A stretch of 63,561 bases of DNA, filler included, from Octopus bimaculoides (GCF_001194135.2; 5 parts of 4 records of this genome joined end to end with filler, not necessarily neighbours in it), one strand, 5' to 3'. Positions 47,790 to 62,437 are shown, numbered from the whole stretch's first letter. Notes: generated by a model not told the origin, from the letters alone. Program-made: numbers and translations.

Positions 47790-48940
47790 ATATATAAATT
47801 TTAATAGACAGGACCTAGGAAATTAGGGCACAGGATGATAAAATAATATGGTGAAACCAACTTATAAATTAAATATCATCAATTGTATACCAAATGAAAG
47901 ATAGCAACCGAATAGGAAATTGCCAAACTACATGGACTGTTAGAAAAAAAAATAACATATCTATAATTAGAATAATAAGATAAATTCAAATTCAGGATGT
48001 TATAAAAACATAACTAAAGATACCTATATTGATCCATTCACAAATAAGAACACCAATAAAAGATTATGAAAATACGTAAGAAAGATTGGTGGAAACAGTA
48101 AAAAATTGAGATAGAGAATAAAAATTGAAAATTGAAACCAAAATCAAATAATACTGATAATTCAATGTCAGAGAAAATAAGAAAAAATGTAAAAGTAAAG
48201 TAATATGAAATAATGCAGACACGTTGCTATCATCGTAGATATTACAAAATATAGGTGTTCTAAGCTAAGATAAGGTAGAATAAAACTTCGTGAAAAGAAG
48301 AGACAGATAATTTAGGAAAACCAAGAATTATGTGATATGCAGTCAAGTGGTTGTTTGAAGGCAACAGTAATGCTGGATCCGAGAATATTTGAAGTGTTAA
48401 TAATAAATATAGAAACCAATAATTGTAAACAAAAGCAAAAAAGAAGTTAGATCTAGTATGTCAATCAGAATAGCTGAGTCGTAATGTAAGGAAGCTTTAA
48501 GAATCTTGCGCTTTTGTGAAGTGATTCTTTTGGATATTTTATTTACTGAAGGCACCTTAGCGAAAACAAATTTCAAGAACATGAATCACACAGGATATTC
48601 CGTTTCTAGCATATGGTTGAGCTTCATTTTAGAATGTTCAATTTAAAGTACAAATGACGTGCTACATTCAATTTCCAAATATAATAGCATAAAGAAATAG
48701 TATTTCTTCTTTCGAGGTTCAGAGAGGAGTACCTTTCATCAACTACTTGTTTCAGTCATTGGACTGCAGCCATGCTGGCTTCCACCTTGAAGAGCTTTAG
48801 TCAAACAAATCGACTCTGGCACTTATGTTTCTTTTTTTAATTATTTATTTATATTTGTTTCTTTGGCCGACCCACTAAGTTACGGGGATGGAAACAAACC
48901 AACACCATTTGTCAAGCGGTGTCTAACAAACAGGAACACA

Positions 48941-48972
<32 letters not shown>

Positions 48973-50500
48973 NNNNNNNNNNNNNNNNNNNNNNNNNNNN
49001 NNNNNNNNNNNNNNNNNNNNNNNNNNNNNNNNNNNNNNNNNNNNNNNNNNNNNNNNNNNNNNNNNNNNNNNNNNNNNNNNNNNNNNNNNNNNNNNNNNNN
49101 NNNNNNNNNNNNNNNNNNNNNNNNNNNNNNNNNNNNNNNNNNNNNNNNNNNNNNNNNNNNNNNNNNNNNNNNNNNNNNNNNATATATATATATATATATA
49201 TACGACGGGATTCTACACAGTTTCTGTCTACCAAATTAATTCTCAAGCCATTAATCGGTTCGGGACGATACTTGCCCAAGATGCCACGCAGTGGGACTGA
49301 TGCCGAAACTCCGTGGTGGCTTTCAAAGCGAGCGTTTTGACCACACAGTCACAGTATATATATGAATAAAATCTCACTTCAAATTATTAGTAATAAACCC
49401 AAAACCAAGTCCGTTAATATTAGGTATTTTGACTGTGGATCTATATACAATGCTCTTGGCTAGACAGAATATGAAGGCTCTCTGAAAAATTACTCCAATT
49501 ATAATGTGGAGTATTACTATTTCTACTATTTAGCCATATTAGATGCTATACTTTCGGCTAGATTAGACTTAATAGAATAAGATAATTTCACAGAGCTCTT
49601 GGTAAAGATACTATGGTACCAATGCAGCTGGGGGAATTTTTTAAAATTTAGAATAAAGGATACTTTAGCAAACGAATTATTGGGCTGTAACGAAAACGTA
49701 ATTATTAGGGATATCGCACTCATATTTTATGCTCAGTAGAAATTGGGTTAAACCAATAATTCCCAGCCTGTTTTCCCGAAGGTTTAACTAAACCCTGTCT
49801 TTAATTAACGATCGGTACCAATGAACCGAGTGTTTTATGAAAAAATTGTCGTCGTAAAAAATTTTTGTTCTGTGGCGTACATGACAGAGACTAGCATATT
49901 TGCGTTGGAATCTGTAGGAACGTAATCGGAATAAATATGCGAATAATGTTTTCAGATCTTCCTGTACACAGTGCAAATAACAGATTTTTAAAATCCAAAA
50001 TTATTTTACTGGTATGCCTTATATCAGATGGTCACCCTCTATAAAAAGTAGTCCCTGTCATTCTTCCAAGTAAAATTCACTTGCAATTGCTTATGAGCAA
50101 CTATAGTTGTGGCATTCATGTTATTAACATCGTTCAAAGTAATCCATTTAATTTTTCTAAAGTCGTTTCTCGGTGATTTAAAATGCGGTAAAAGTGGTTT
50201 TATCGATCTTGGTATAAATTATTAGTTTTGTCAAAAAGGATTAGAATGTCGTTAGATGCATAAATGTTTTTTAACCTTCCTTCGAAACTCTTGATATTTA
50301 TGTATCTCTTAAATTTAATGTCTCTTAATAATGTCATTTTAGAAGTCAGTAAACAAAAGATTCACAAGTATGTTCTTGTAAGTTCTGAAGCCAAAGTTTT
50401 TTACACTGCTGCCGATAAGAATGATATGCTTGCCATTTTAGATCCATTGGCATCAAAAAGATTTTTCATAATAAATATAATATGTGCGTGTACCTTTGGG
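47790..50500 (-). mobile_element. Highly decayed Penelope-like element interrupted by SINE B (48715-49350)
   Basis: LFD.PMGS-like motif (about 50440), YWFNP...FPQLHWYHSIFTKSSVKLSYS (49526-49770), possible GIY-YIG tail SKRITSQKRKILK (48500-48560). Confidence 0.5.
48715..49350 (-). mobile_element. SINE family B spanning a gap
   Basis: Tail at 48745-48830; head at 49200-49350. Confidence 0.7.
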
Positions 50501-51059
50501 TTATGTTTGCTTCCCATCGCCGCTTCACAACCGTGTTAGTTGTCGATTTTTTCGACTAAAGACTTCAAGGTAGTGTTCCAGCATGGCAGTAGTTCAAGAT
50601 AGTTATATCAGTTACTTTTGATTTGTAAAAGGAGTTTAAAGAATTATATAGTTTCTTCAATCGTTATTGAGCAACAAATTTATAGCAGCATTAGCGTCAG
50701 CAAAGCCTCTGTCACAGATTCTTTGACGTTACAGAGGAAACGGTATATCGATAGAAGCTCTCTGCCAGAGAATTCAAGGAGTCTAGCCTCGAGAAATTGC
50801 CCTGTTTCATATTTTGTTCTGAAGTTCTTTGAGTTACTTGCCTGTGAAGAAAGGATTTTGAAAGAGGCCTACAAGAAATCCATTGACTTGAGCTTTTCTG
50901 TTATAGTCTCGCCCCACTATATAAACGATGGATAGACGTGGTCAGTGGCAGCTACCCATCTAGTACCTTAGTTACTATCAACTAAAACAAAAAAAAACAA
51001 TAAATACATAAGTAAAAACAAACAGCTGCAACAAAATTGCGGCAAAATTATCAGTAAGA

Positions 51060-51515
51060 CTAAGTGTAGCAATAATGGCTTCAAATTTTAAAACAATCCA
51101 GGACTTTTAGAGGACTAGCCGATTACGTCGATCCACAGTGCTCAATCGGCACTTAATTTATCAAACCTGGAGTGCTGCGAAGCAAAGTCATCCTCGGCGG
51201 AATTTGAAATCGGAACGTAAATCCGGAAAAAATGCTGCTAAGAATTTTGTTCGGTCCGCTAACGATTCTACCAGTTCGCCGCTTTAACGGCAACATTAAT
51301 AAAATCAATAATGTTTTCAAGTTTTGGCACAAGGCCAGCAATTCCAGTGGAAGGGGATAGTCAACTACATCGACTCCAGTGCTCAACTGGTCCTTATTTT
51401 ATCGAACCCGAAAGGATGAAAGTCGACCTTGACAGAATTTGGGCTCAGAACATAAAGACGGACGAATTGCCTCTAAGCATTTTGCCTGGCGTGCCAACGA
51501 TTCTGCCAGCTTTCC
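51060..51515 (-). mobile_element. Two tandem SINE family A copies
   Basis: Two head-to-tail reverse complements. Confidence 0.75.
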
Positions 51516-52389
51516 ACCGAGGGTTCTTTCGCGTGCTTGCTCTGTCTTCGACAAACAGCATCTAAACGCCGTTTGAATCATCCTCTCATCTTAAAAATAA
51601 CGCATTGAATAATACAGTTCCTTGCAGAGCATTCCTGCAAAATAGATAGTCGTTACTTGAATGCCTTTGATCATAAATCTGCTCGATTACGAACAACTCG
51701 TAGCTAAACAGCAACGACGACGAAGAAATAATAAAAGCAGAAGCTATAGGAAGAGCAAGAACAATAGCTGCAAAAACAAAGAAAAACGTAAAAATACGCT
51801 GTAGTTTATAACAATAACTCTAACAACGATGTTAACATCAGTAGAAACAACAAAGGCAGCGTTAGAAACGACAAGAATAGCAACAGCTGTAAATAGCTAC
51901 TGCAATTGCAGCTGAAAGAGTTAAAAAATAGGAGAAAGAGTAACAATAACAATTACAGTATTAACAGCTGGAGCAGCAGCTTTGTCAGCAATATCAATAG
52001 CCACACCAGAGTAACCAGTAACATTAACAACAGACGAAAGAGAGCTGTTAGAATCAGGATAGAAAATCGATAGGAACTTGGTAATTTACCTTTATATCAA
52101 AGTAGAAATGATTTTTTTTTTATCATCGATCGAAGCAGCTAAAACTGTAAACTCCTGTCAATTATGATATTTTACATCAAACATCTCACCTGAGAAATAT
52201 CTTAGATATGACGATATGACAGAGATGTCTTTTCGATATTTAGTAAGCTATATTACACAGAATCTGCAACTGAAAATTTTTTCGTCTTTTTAATTATATA
52301 TTCAATTAAAAATAATTATACATACACGCATATATACATACACAAATTTATACATAAATACATACATACATAAACATACATACATGCAA

Positions 52390-52431
<42 letters not shown>

Positions 52432-53384
52432 ATGTGTGTGTATATATGTATATATTAAAACCTGTCTGCAGTATGCGTATTGTTAGTGTGTATATGTGTG
52501 TGTGTGTGTATTTTATTTAATTTTTTGAAGTTTTCACAAAAATCGCAATCACGAATTTCGTGCCGTTAATTCTAAGCCTACTTTAAATATAAAGTCTCTT
52601 GTCTCTCATATTTTCAGTAGTTAATACATTTTCTTTGACTTCAACATTCTCCATCTTAATTATCTCCATTTCATGAGTATGAGAAAAGAAAAATTTAATT
52701 TACAAATAAATTCTGTCGAAGCAGATTTTATTCACACGCATAAGCACACAGACGCACGAACAAAAACACTCATACATGAACACACACGAAGACACATAAA
52801 CACACACACATGAAAATAGAAATATATAAATAAACATATAATTGCTTAGAAGCTCTTATCGAAATTTCCCATTATCCCCTATGGGGTGAAGTTCATTTTT
52901 TCTCGCAACGTTTGCAGTTTGACCACCATCAAAATACATTGTTGTGGATTACACGGCTTCAATCTCCCTGCCTCCATTAACCTCTGCTTATTTTGCCATG
53001 ATAATCTCTATCTACTTCTTGAAATAGAGCTATCGCATTTGCAACCCGATTTCCACAAAACACAAAGCTGCAAAAATCTTCCTAAGTTTTATTTGTTACA
53101 AATCAACATTGTGACACTCTTGATGTCTCGGTGCCTTTGAATCACAAACACTTTATTCCTAAATAATATTTCTTTCTCGATATTTTCAATATATTTTGTT
53201 TTATCTCGGGAGAGTCATTATGTCAATAATAAAGACACGTATTTCACTTCTATTATTTTTATTATTGTTATTATGTTGTTTTTTTCTTCTTTCTTCAATT
53301 TTCTTCCATTTCTTGCCGAGTGTGTTCCGTACACCTAGGGCAGAGAAGCTCATTGTATGCATTCCCAGTTTACACATGCAAATT

Positions 53385-53817
53385 CACAGGTAAAATATGT
53401 ATTAAAAAAAAAAAATAGATAAATAAATTCATGAATGGATGTTGTTTTCACAGCGATAATGCTCCTCTCAGTACACGAGTCGTTCCAGTTAACAGAATTT
53501 TTTGCACTTCCTGTAGGGATGGTAAGCCTGGTATCATTTTCAAATAGGTTTCAGTACCTTTTTTTTTTTTTTATCATTCCTAGAGATCCTACAATCACTG
53601 GTACGTTAGTCGCCTTGAGGTGCCACATTTTTTCAATTTCTATTAGCAAGTCGTTATATTTACTGAGCTTGTCAAATTCTTTCGCCGCTATATTATGATC
53701 GCAAGGAATACTCATATCAATTAATAAACACTTCTTCTTTGTCTGATTATAATAATATCCGGTTTATTAGCTTTTATAGTTTTGTCGGTATGTACGGGGA
53801 AGTCCCAGAGAATCGGT
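53385..53817 (-). mobile_element. Diverged R4/Dong-like RLE fragment
   Basis: ILWDFPVHTDKTIKANKPDII...LIDMSIPCDHNIAAKEFDKLSKYNDLLIEIEKMWHLKATNVPVIVGSLGMIK. Confidence 0.8.
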
Positions 53818-53934
53818 NNNNNNNNNNNNNNNNNNNNNNNNNNNNNNNNNNNNNNNNNNNNTTAATTAATTAANNNNNNNNNNNNNNNNNNNNNNNNNNN
53901 NNNNNNNNNNNNNNNNNTATATATATATATATAT

Positions 53935-54165
53935 ATATGGGTGTGTATACGTTTATGTGTCTGTGTTTGTCCCCTCCACCACCACCACCATCGCTTGACA
54001 ACCGATGTTGGTGTGTTTACGTGTCCGTAACTTAGCGGTTCGGCAAAAGAAGCGATAGAATAAGTATTAGGCTTACAAAGAATAAGTCCTTGGAGTCGAT
54101 TTGTTCAACTAAAGGCGATGCTCCAGCATGGCCGCAGTGAAGATGACTAAATCACATTAAAAAAA
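53935..54165 (+). mobile_element. SINE family B 3' half
   Basis: catcgcttgacaaccgatg...ccagcatggccgcagt. Confidence 0.75.
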
Positions 54166-54893
54166 CCCATACATAGTAACTTTTATTCTCTTGCAGGTTT
54201 CAGTCACTGGTCCACGGCCATGCTGGGGCATCCTTTTGAAGAGTTTTAGTTGGTCATATCGAACCTAGCATTCATTTCAGTCAAGTTCTTATCGATATCG
54301 ATCGATCGAGTCGCTGAACAAGCTTTGACATAAGGGCTTCGTCTTCCGTTCACATGGTTAAACATGGTAACCGACAATAGTACAGCCACATGCATATATG
54401 CGTACATCCATCCATCCGTCCATACATACGCACACACATAGATATAGGCAGATAGTTAGACAGATAAATGCGTATATATATATGTACGTATGAATTGATG
54501 ATATAATCATTAAAAGGATTATACCAGAGGCCAGCGTATAAAGAACACCATATTGGTAAATTAATATTTAAGTATATAATTATAAATATATAATTATAAT
54601 TAAGGGCGCTGGACAGACAACGCTAATACGCTAGAATTCTACATTTGTATATATGCTATGAAACGTATGTTGCTATTGAATTTGGAGTTGTGAAACACTT
54701 AAAACTATTTAAAACTTTGTAACGGATCGAAGTGAATTTTATACATTGTTAGCGTAAAGTGAGAAATGCCATCAAACTTCTTCACATGAAAGGCCTCAAT
54801 GGCTGTAATAGAGTCAACATTATTATATATCAGGGTTGAATATGTCTTCAATCTTCACGTCTTGAATCTTGTGCACTCATTTATAAATTTACA

Positions 54894-54941
<48 letters not shown>

Positions 54942-54970
54942 CACATAGGCACGTGGTTTGTGTATTTGTT

Positions 54971-55029
<59 letters not shown>

Positions 55030-55318
55030 GTGTGTGTATACACATAAATGTTGGTGTATGGGTCTATTAATCTATTCGCAAATATCTATTAGTGTGTGCA
55101 TGTGTGAGCACTTGACTGTGTTTGTGTGTGCGTGTGTGTATATGTGTATGCGTTTGTGTGCGTATGAGATGGAAAAATGAAGGATAGATAATGATGCACC
55201 CAATATAGTAATCAAAAACCATATTGAAAAACGCTCAATACGAACAGTTATTCACCGTCTAATCAATTTATGGATGCACGTGACGTAATACTCGCGCGCG
55301 CGTGGACACATACATACA

Positions 55319-55352
<34 letters not shown>

Positions 55353-55751
55353 CATACATACATATATACATACATACATATATACATACACACATACATA
55401 CATACAGTCACATTTAATGTGCAGCAACACACTTTCCTGATTGTCCCATTGTATCTATGTAAAAAGGACCAGCGCACGATAACATTCAAGTGGGCCGTTT
55501 TCGCTTGGTTAACCTTATTTAGCGCTTCACCGTGCAACCCATTGTTCGGCTATTTTCCGTTTGCTTGTGTATTTTTGTATTTGTTTTTTGTTTTATTTCT
55601 GTTTACTACAAATGTTGTTTCCGATTAGAAAGCAGCAAACCATTCAGGTAAATGATACAGCCTCGTCCTACATGTCTTAGTAAAATCTTTATCATCATCA
55701 TCATCATCATCACCGCCACCATCGCATCGTCATCGTCATCATCATCATCAT

Positions 55752-55797
<46 letters not shown>

Positions 55798-55834
55798 GCA
55801 GGTAGTAGTAGTAGCACTACTACCCCAGGAATTA

Positions 55835-55969
55835 TTCTTTGTAAGCCTAGTACTTATTCTATCGGATTGTTTTGCCGAACTTCTAAGTTACGGGAATGTA
55901 AACACACTAGTATCGGTTGTCAAGCGATGTTTGGGGGGGGGGGACAAACACAGACACACAAACATATAC

Positions 55970-56026
<57 letters not shown>
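55835..56026 (-). mobile_element. SINE family B 3' half
   Basis: Reverse complement of 12290-12410. Confidence 0.75.
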
Positions 56027-56487
56027 NNNNNNNNNNNNNNNNNNNNNNNNNNNNNNNNNNNNNNNNNNNNNNNNNNNNNNNNNNNNNNNNNNNNNNNNNN
56101 NNNNNNNNNNNNNNNNNNNNNNNNNNNNNNNNNNNNNNNNNNNNNNNNNNNNNNNNNNNNNNNNNNNNNNNNNNNNNNNNNNNNNNNNNNNNNNNNNNNN
56201 NNNNNNNNNNNNNNNNNNNNNNNNNNNNNNNNNNNNNNNNNNNNNNNNNNNNNNNNNNNNNNNNNNNNNNNNNNNNNNNNNNNNNNNNNNNNNNNNNNNN
56301 NNNNNNNNNNNNNNNNNNNNNNNNNNNNNNNNNNNNNNNNNNNNNNNNNNNNNNNNNNNNNNNNNNNNNNNNNNNNNNNNNNNNNNNNNNNNNNNNNNNN
56401 NNNNNNNNNNNNNNNNNNNNNNNNNNNNNNNNNNNNNNNNNNNNNNNNNNNNNNNNNNNNNNNNNNNNNNNNNNNNNNNNNNNNNNN

Positions 56488-56521
<34 letters not shown>

Positions 56522-59519
56522 TACATATGTATATATGGGTACAGGACATCACCAACAGTAAACAACATGAAATACGAAAACAGATGAATTCAATATGCAA
56601 AGAACGGGAGAAACAAATGGAAAACAAAACAAGTAACATAAAGAACGACCCTTCATCAGTTGTTGGCTGTCTGTCTATTCCTCATTTCGAGCATTGAACG
56701 ACAATACGAGTCTTCGAAGACAGATGCTCCCATAAATACCAAAATAAAATTTGGTATTTATGAAGGGTGAAAGTTGAGACCAAAAACAGGACAGTGGTGA
56801 CATACAAGGACACCGAACGAAAGCATATTTGCAGAAGTTTTACCAAAAGCAGAGAATAACTTTATAACAACTTCACTTCGTAAAATGAAAACCAACAGGG
56901 AAGTTTTATGGAACTTAGTTGTATGATTGTCTTTTTACGCTTGAAAGTTCATCTCTCGATCGATTAAAAATATTCAAACACTGGATTTCAGTGCAAGTGT
57001 GACAGTTTTTGTGAAAAATATTTGTTAGAACACTAAAGAATGGAACTGCACCATCGATGTAGTAACTATTTCAGTAAAGACTAAGTACAACTTTTTCAAG
57101 AGGTTTGTCGTCTGTCGTAGTGAAGAGGGATTATTTTTATTATGGCAGAAGAGTCAAATGTCTTTTTGTACGCCAGAACAGTCTGCTTTTTAATTTCAGA
57201 AAGTATCATTTGGCCTCTAAATTGTATCCTATCATAATTTTTTGAAGGAGAAAGTGTTGCTGTGTCATAAGCGTGTAGTATACAAACATTCAATACATAT
57301 ACATTTACAGATTTTTGTTATGTTAACCACAATTGGTATGAATCTAGTTGATGAGAGAATAAACCCATTATTACAAAATTGCTCTGCACCACTCGCCATT
57401 TTAACGAAGTATCCGTATGTTTTTTACTTCTGTTTCTAAGCACCAAAACCCTAAAATATCAAATGTATATTTGTTCTGAAATTCAAATTCCACACAGGAG
57501 TTCTGAGTTCAAATTCCACACAGGACTTTTTGTCTTTTATCTTCACCGGTTCCAAAAAGAAGAACCAATACAGAATATTGGACTGGTGGAACGATAAGAA
57601 TGCCGGATTAGATGTCTCGCTTTATTCATTCCGGTTGTTTGTTTTCTGAGTTTACAACTTCTCACCCTCGACTTGGATGGGAAGCTTAACCCTATTGAGC
57701 TGTGTTCCCAGTATATCGGAAATAGCATAAACGGAATATCCACCAGATTCCCAGTAAAGTGGTAATGGACAACACACACAGCAAAAGAAGATGGAATACC
57801 GAAAGACAGGCCACTGATCCACGTTGCAGCAGCTTTGGAACCAAGTGTGTTTTGTGGTTTCTTATTAATGGTGTCTCCCATCAAAGCTGTTGTTTGCTTT
57901 TGTTTCTAATGAAAAAAAACAAACGATTTTGCAATGAAACAAGTGTGTGATGACCCCAGCCCTTCATCTTGTAAACATGCAAGGCCCTGACTTTTTGCTG
58001 TTGGGGGAATTATTGATGATGTTTATTCTTGGGACGAAGAGTTCACACTTACACAGACAAATGAGAGTGATTNNNNNNNNNNNNNNNNNNNNNNNNNNNN
58101 NNNNNNNNNNNNNNNNNNNNNNNNNNNNNNNNNNNNNNNNNNNNNNNNNNNNNNNNNNNNNNNNNNNNNNNNNNNNNNNNNNNNNNNNNNNNNNNNNNNN
58201 NNNNNNNNNNNNNNNNNNNNNNNNNNNNNNNNNNNNNNNNNNNNNNNNNNNNNNNNNNNNNNNNNNNNNNNNNNNNNNNNNNNNNNNNNNNNNNNNNNNN
58301 NNNNNNNNNNNNNNNNNNNNNNNNNNNNNNNNNNNNNNNNNNNNNNNNNNNNNNNNNNNNNNNNNNNNNNNNNNNNNNNNNNNNNNNNNNNNNNNNNNNN
58401 NNNNNNNNNNNNNNNNNNNNNNNNNNNNNNNNNNNNNNNNNNNNNNNNNNNNNNNNNNNNNNNNNNNNNNNNNNNNNNNNNNNNNNNNNNNNNNNNNNNN
58501 NNNNNNNNNNNNNNNNNNNNNNNNNNNNNNNNNNNNNNNNNNNNNNNNNNNNNNNNNNNNNNNNNNNNNNNNNNNNNNNNNNNNNNNNNNNNNNNNNNNN
58601 NNNNNNNNNNNNNNNNNNNNNNNNNNNNNNNNNNNNNNNNNNNNNNNNNNNNNNNNNNNNNNNNNNNNNNNNNNNNNNNNNNNNNNNNNNNNNNNNNNNN
58701 NNNCTTCCTTCCTTCCTTCCTTCCACCAGACTTGGAGGCCCTGTAAAGGGTCATGGCCCCTTCCTGACTAAAAGATAAAAGATAAACGATTATGAAACTG
58801 AATCTCAAAATCTGTTCATCTTGAGAAAATCTACTTTGTCCCACGAACCTCCCTCAATGACCTTCCAGGAAGAAACATTCACCGATTTTCTGAGAATCTA
58901 AAATAGTTATTTACAACCAATTCAGTCTTTTAGCATCACAAAACACCTTGCTGCACATGCGCACACATTCACAAACACCATCATATGTAAACACACACAC
59001 ACGCACACACCTATATAAACAAATATATACCCATGTAGGTACATCCATTTAGTAAACTGTAAACACACATACAAACAAATACCACACACACATACACACC
59101 TACACACACAAACAAACAACACATATTCTAAAGGAAATCTTTGTTTACTGCGCCGTATTTGCGTTTCTTAATCTATCTTCGGTTCCATTAATATAAACTG
59201 ATATTAACATGAGACATCTGCAAGTTCCGACACATCAACGGAAGTGAAAAACATAAAGAAGACAACATGTTTTTGTTTTTGCGCGTCTACAACCTTGTTA
59301 GAGACCTCTAGGTTCTGGTTTCGAATTTTCATATAGTCGTCATCTTATTATTTTTTTTTTTGTCTTTTTGGTCGTTTCATTTGGTCATTTCTATTAAATA
59401 AGAAACATTGCTTATCCTTCATGAGTCTGCTTCAGGAATTTCCCCACTCCTCTTCATCCTCCTTCTGCTCATCATCATCATCTTCACCACCTCCATCACC
59501 ACCATTATTGCCAAGATGA

Positions 59520-59740
59520 TGATGGTGAAAGATCATCATCATCATCATCATCATCACCAAGTCGTCCTTTGGGTCCTGTGCGAATCCAGTTCTTCGTGCT
59601 TATGGACCCGTAGCGAGAAGGATTGTGGGTTGACGAAGCTGAATGTCTTCCTGTCTGATGTTTTCCATCGAAAAATCTTGATGAGTTCTTCCAGTATCAC
59701 TTGATGCAAATGGGGAAACGGATTCTTGAGTCAAAGAATT
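59520..59740 (-). mobile_element. Decayed RTE-like LINE C-terminus with (GAT)n tail
   Basis: Frameshifted GR...RW...W.R.AQDR..W-like pattern ending in (gat)n. Confidence 0.4.
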
Positions 59741-60394
59741 TAATAAACGTAAAAGAGATTGGTGAATGCCGCGGGGCTTGATGATCACTCTACTTTCGTC
59801 TCTCGTTTATAAATTGAAAGCAAGATGAACGCCATGTTCAGATCCATGTTTTGCCGGATTTTGTCTCTAAATTTTATGCTATCATAATGTCATAGTTTCA
59901 TAGAAAGATAAAATGTAGCTGTAAAGTATACATTTAGTATACAAACATATTCCTTATATTTATTGCTTTTTGTTATATTTGCAACAACTGAAGAGTAAAG
60001 CCGCGTCCTTTATCTATTTATTCTTACATTCGCAGAGTATTTCTTTGAGTCTAATTTTGTCGATTTCTGCAAGCCACCAGGTTTCGTGTTATTTCTCAAA
60101 AGCCTGGACCTTGTGCCGAAATTTTAGATAATTATTAATTTGCGAGAAATGAGATAATTTTGTGGTGATTGTTACTTTTGTGTGCGTGTGGTGGGGGAAG
60201 GTTTGGTATTGATACGGATCGATCTCCGATACTTGGAATACAAGTGGTGTCAGATAGTGAAACCTTTACATTAATTATACGAGGCAAATGATCAATAAAT
60301 TCAGCAAGCGTAACTTCAACATTTTTACCGTCATCATTATCATCATTGTTATTATTATGCTTGTACATGTTAATTCAGTGAGCAGGAATTTTTT

Positions 60395-60630
60395 TGAGGC
60401 TTAGTGACAACACGGCTACTCAAATCTCTAAAGTCTGCTTTAGAAATCAGTCAGAATATAGGAAGGCACTTTTCTGCCGATCGACAATGCGAGTTTCAGT
60501 TCCATTATCTTTGAGTCTTTTAGGAGGCATTTTGGTTGTGGTACCAAGTGTGCAAATTCCTACAGGAATAATTCTTGTCTTTGCCTTCGAGAATTTCCTC
60601 AGCTCTCTGGTTAGATCCTAGTATTTCTTT
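60395..60630 (-). mobile_element. R4-clade RLE C-terminal fragment (different subfamily)
   Basis: KY*DLTRELRKFSKAKTRIIPVGICTLGTT...ETRIVDRQKSAFLYS..FLKQTLEI*; 5' end abuts (TAA)n. Confidence 0.7.
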
Positions 60631-60732
60631 ATTATTATTATTATTATTATTATGATAAGGTGTTACCTTAGTTCACCGGTAGTGAACAAATGACACTGTA
60701 GTACATCTCCAGCGTTAGAAGCTGTGCAAATG

Positions 60733-60733
60733 C

Positions 60734-60780
<47 letters not shown>

Positions 60781-60902
60781 CAACAACAATAATAATGATA
60801 ATAATAACAACAACAACAACATTATTATTATTATTGTTGTTGTTGTTGTTGTTGTTGTTGTTATTATTAATATTATTACTATTATTATTATTATTATTAT
60901 TA

Positions 60903-60937
<35 letters not shown>

Positions 60938-60955
60938 GTTATTATTATCGTTGTT
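60733..60955. repeat. (AAT/AAC)n followed by (ATT/GTT)n compound microsatellite
   Basis: Directly visible; the two halves are in opposite orientation. Confidence 0.9.
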
Positions 60956-61979
60956 ATATAAATGGATAACAATCGGTGTGAATCAATTGCCTCCTTGACT
61001 CACCAACATGCTGAATTTCTTTCAACTCATGAGTAATCACATAACGAAATAGCTGTCAGGTATTGGAGAGTAAACAAGCTGCAATGCATACATGAAAGGA
61101 AGCGGTGAGTGCCTGCCTTTTTTTTCATACATGCATGCATATACATGTATGTGTGTGTCTATACATGAATGTATATATGCGTCTGTGCATATATATGTTG
61201 ATATATATATATATATATATANNNNNNNNNNNNNNNNNNNNNNNNNNNNNNNNNNNNNNNNNNNNNNNNNNNNNNNNNNNNNNNNNNNNNNNNNNNNNNN
61301 NNNNNNNNNNNNNNNNNNNNNNNNNNNNNNNNNNNNNNNNNNNNNNNNNNNNNNNNNNNNNNNNNNNNNNNNNNNNNNNNNNNNNNNNNNNNNNNNNNNN
61401 NNNNNNNNNNNNNNNNNNNNNNNNNNNNNNNNNNNNNNNNNNNNNNNNNNNNNNNNNNNNNNNNNNNNNNNNNNNNNNNNNNNNNNNNNNNNNNNNNNNN
61501 NNNNNNNNNNNNNNNNNNNNNNNNNNNNNNNNNNNNNNNNNNNNNNNNNNNNNNNNNNNNNNNNNNNNNNNNNNNNNNNNNNNNNNNNNNNNNNNNNNNN
61601 NNNNNNNNNNNNNNNNNNNNNNNNNNNNNNNNNNNNNNNNNNNNNNNNNNNNNNNNNNNNNNNNNNNNNNNNNNNNNNNNNNNNNNNNNNNNNNNNNNNN
61701 NNNNNNNNNNNNNNTATATATATATATATATATATATATGAAAGATTCGTCAATTATTCGTTTTATGTGAAGAGAGCATGCAGAATGCAGAACGTGTAAC
61801 TTTTTCGAGACGTGTTTTTAACGTGTTACATACATACATACATACATGCATACACACATACATACATACATACATTCATACATACGTACATGCATACATA
61901 CATACATTCATACACACACACACACACACACATACACATACACTCACACACACACACAAATATATAGATATGTATATTA

Positions 61980-62013
<34 letters not shown>

Positions 62014-62108
62014 CTACATAGACAGACATATACACACATATGCATATATTTGTATATATTCATGTATGTATATATTAAACACACACATACATACATTCAT
62101 ACATACAC

Positions 62109-62179
<71 letters not shown>

Positions 62180-62199
62180 GTATATATTCTTTTTTATTC

Positions 62200-62337
62200 T
62201 TTTACTTGTTTCAGTCATTTTGACTACGGCCATGCTGGAGCACCGCCTTTAGTCGAGCAAGTCAACCCCAGGACTTATTCTTTGTGAACCTAGTACTTAT
62301 TCTATCGGTCTATTTTGCCGAACCGCTAATGTTACGG
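62200..62337 (-). mobile_element. SINE family B 3' end
   Basis: tttacttgtttcagtcatttgactacggccatgctggagcaccgcc. Confidence 0.75.
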
Positions 62338-62437
62338 NNNNNNNNNNNNNNNNNNNNNNNNNNNNNNNNNNNNNNNNNNNNTTAATTAATTAANNNNNNN
62401 NNNNNNNNNNNNNNNNNNNNNNNNNNNNNNNNNNNNN

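Noticed and set aside
51700-52050. Purine-rich A/T/E/K-like periodic stretch
   Set aside because: Degenerate (AAC/AGC/AAT)n simple sequence with stops in the plus-strand frame checked and absent from the ORF track
56640-56700. Minus-strand ctgatga with upstream gaaa in a (TA)n-flanked repeat
   Set aside because: Stems II and III do not pair; not a supportable hammerhead ribozyme
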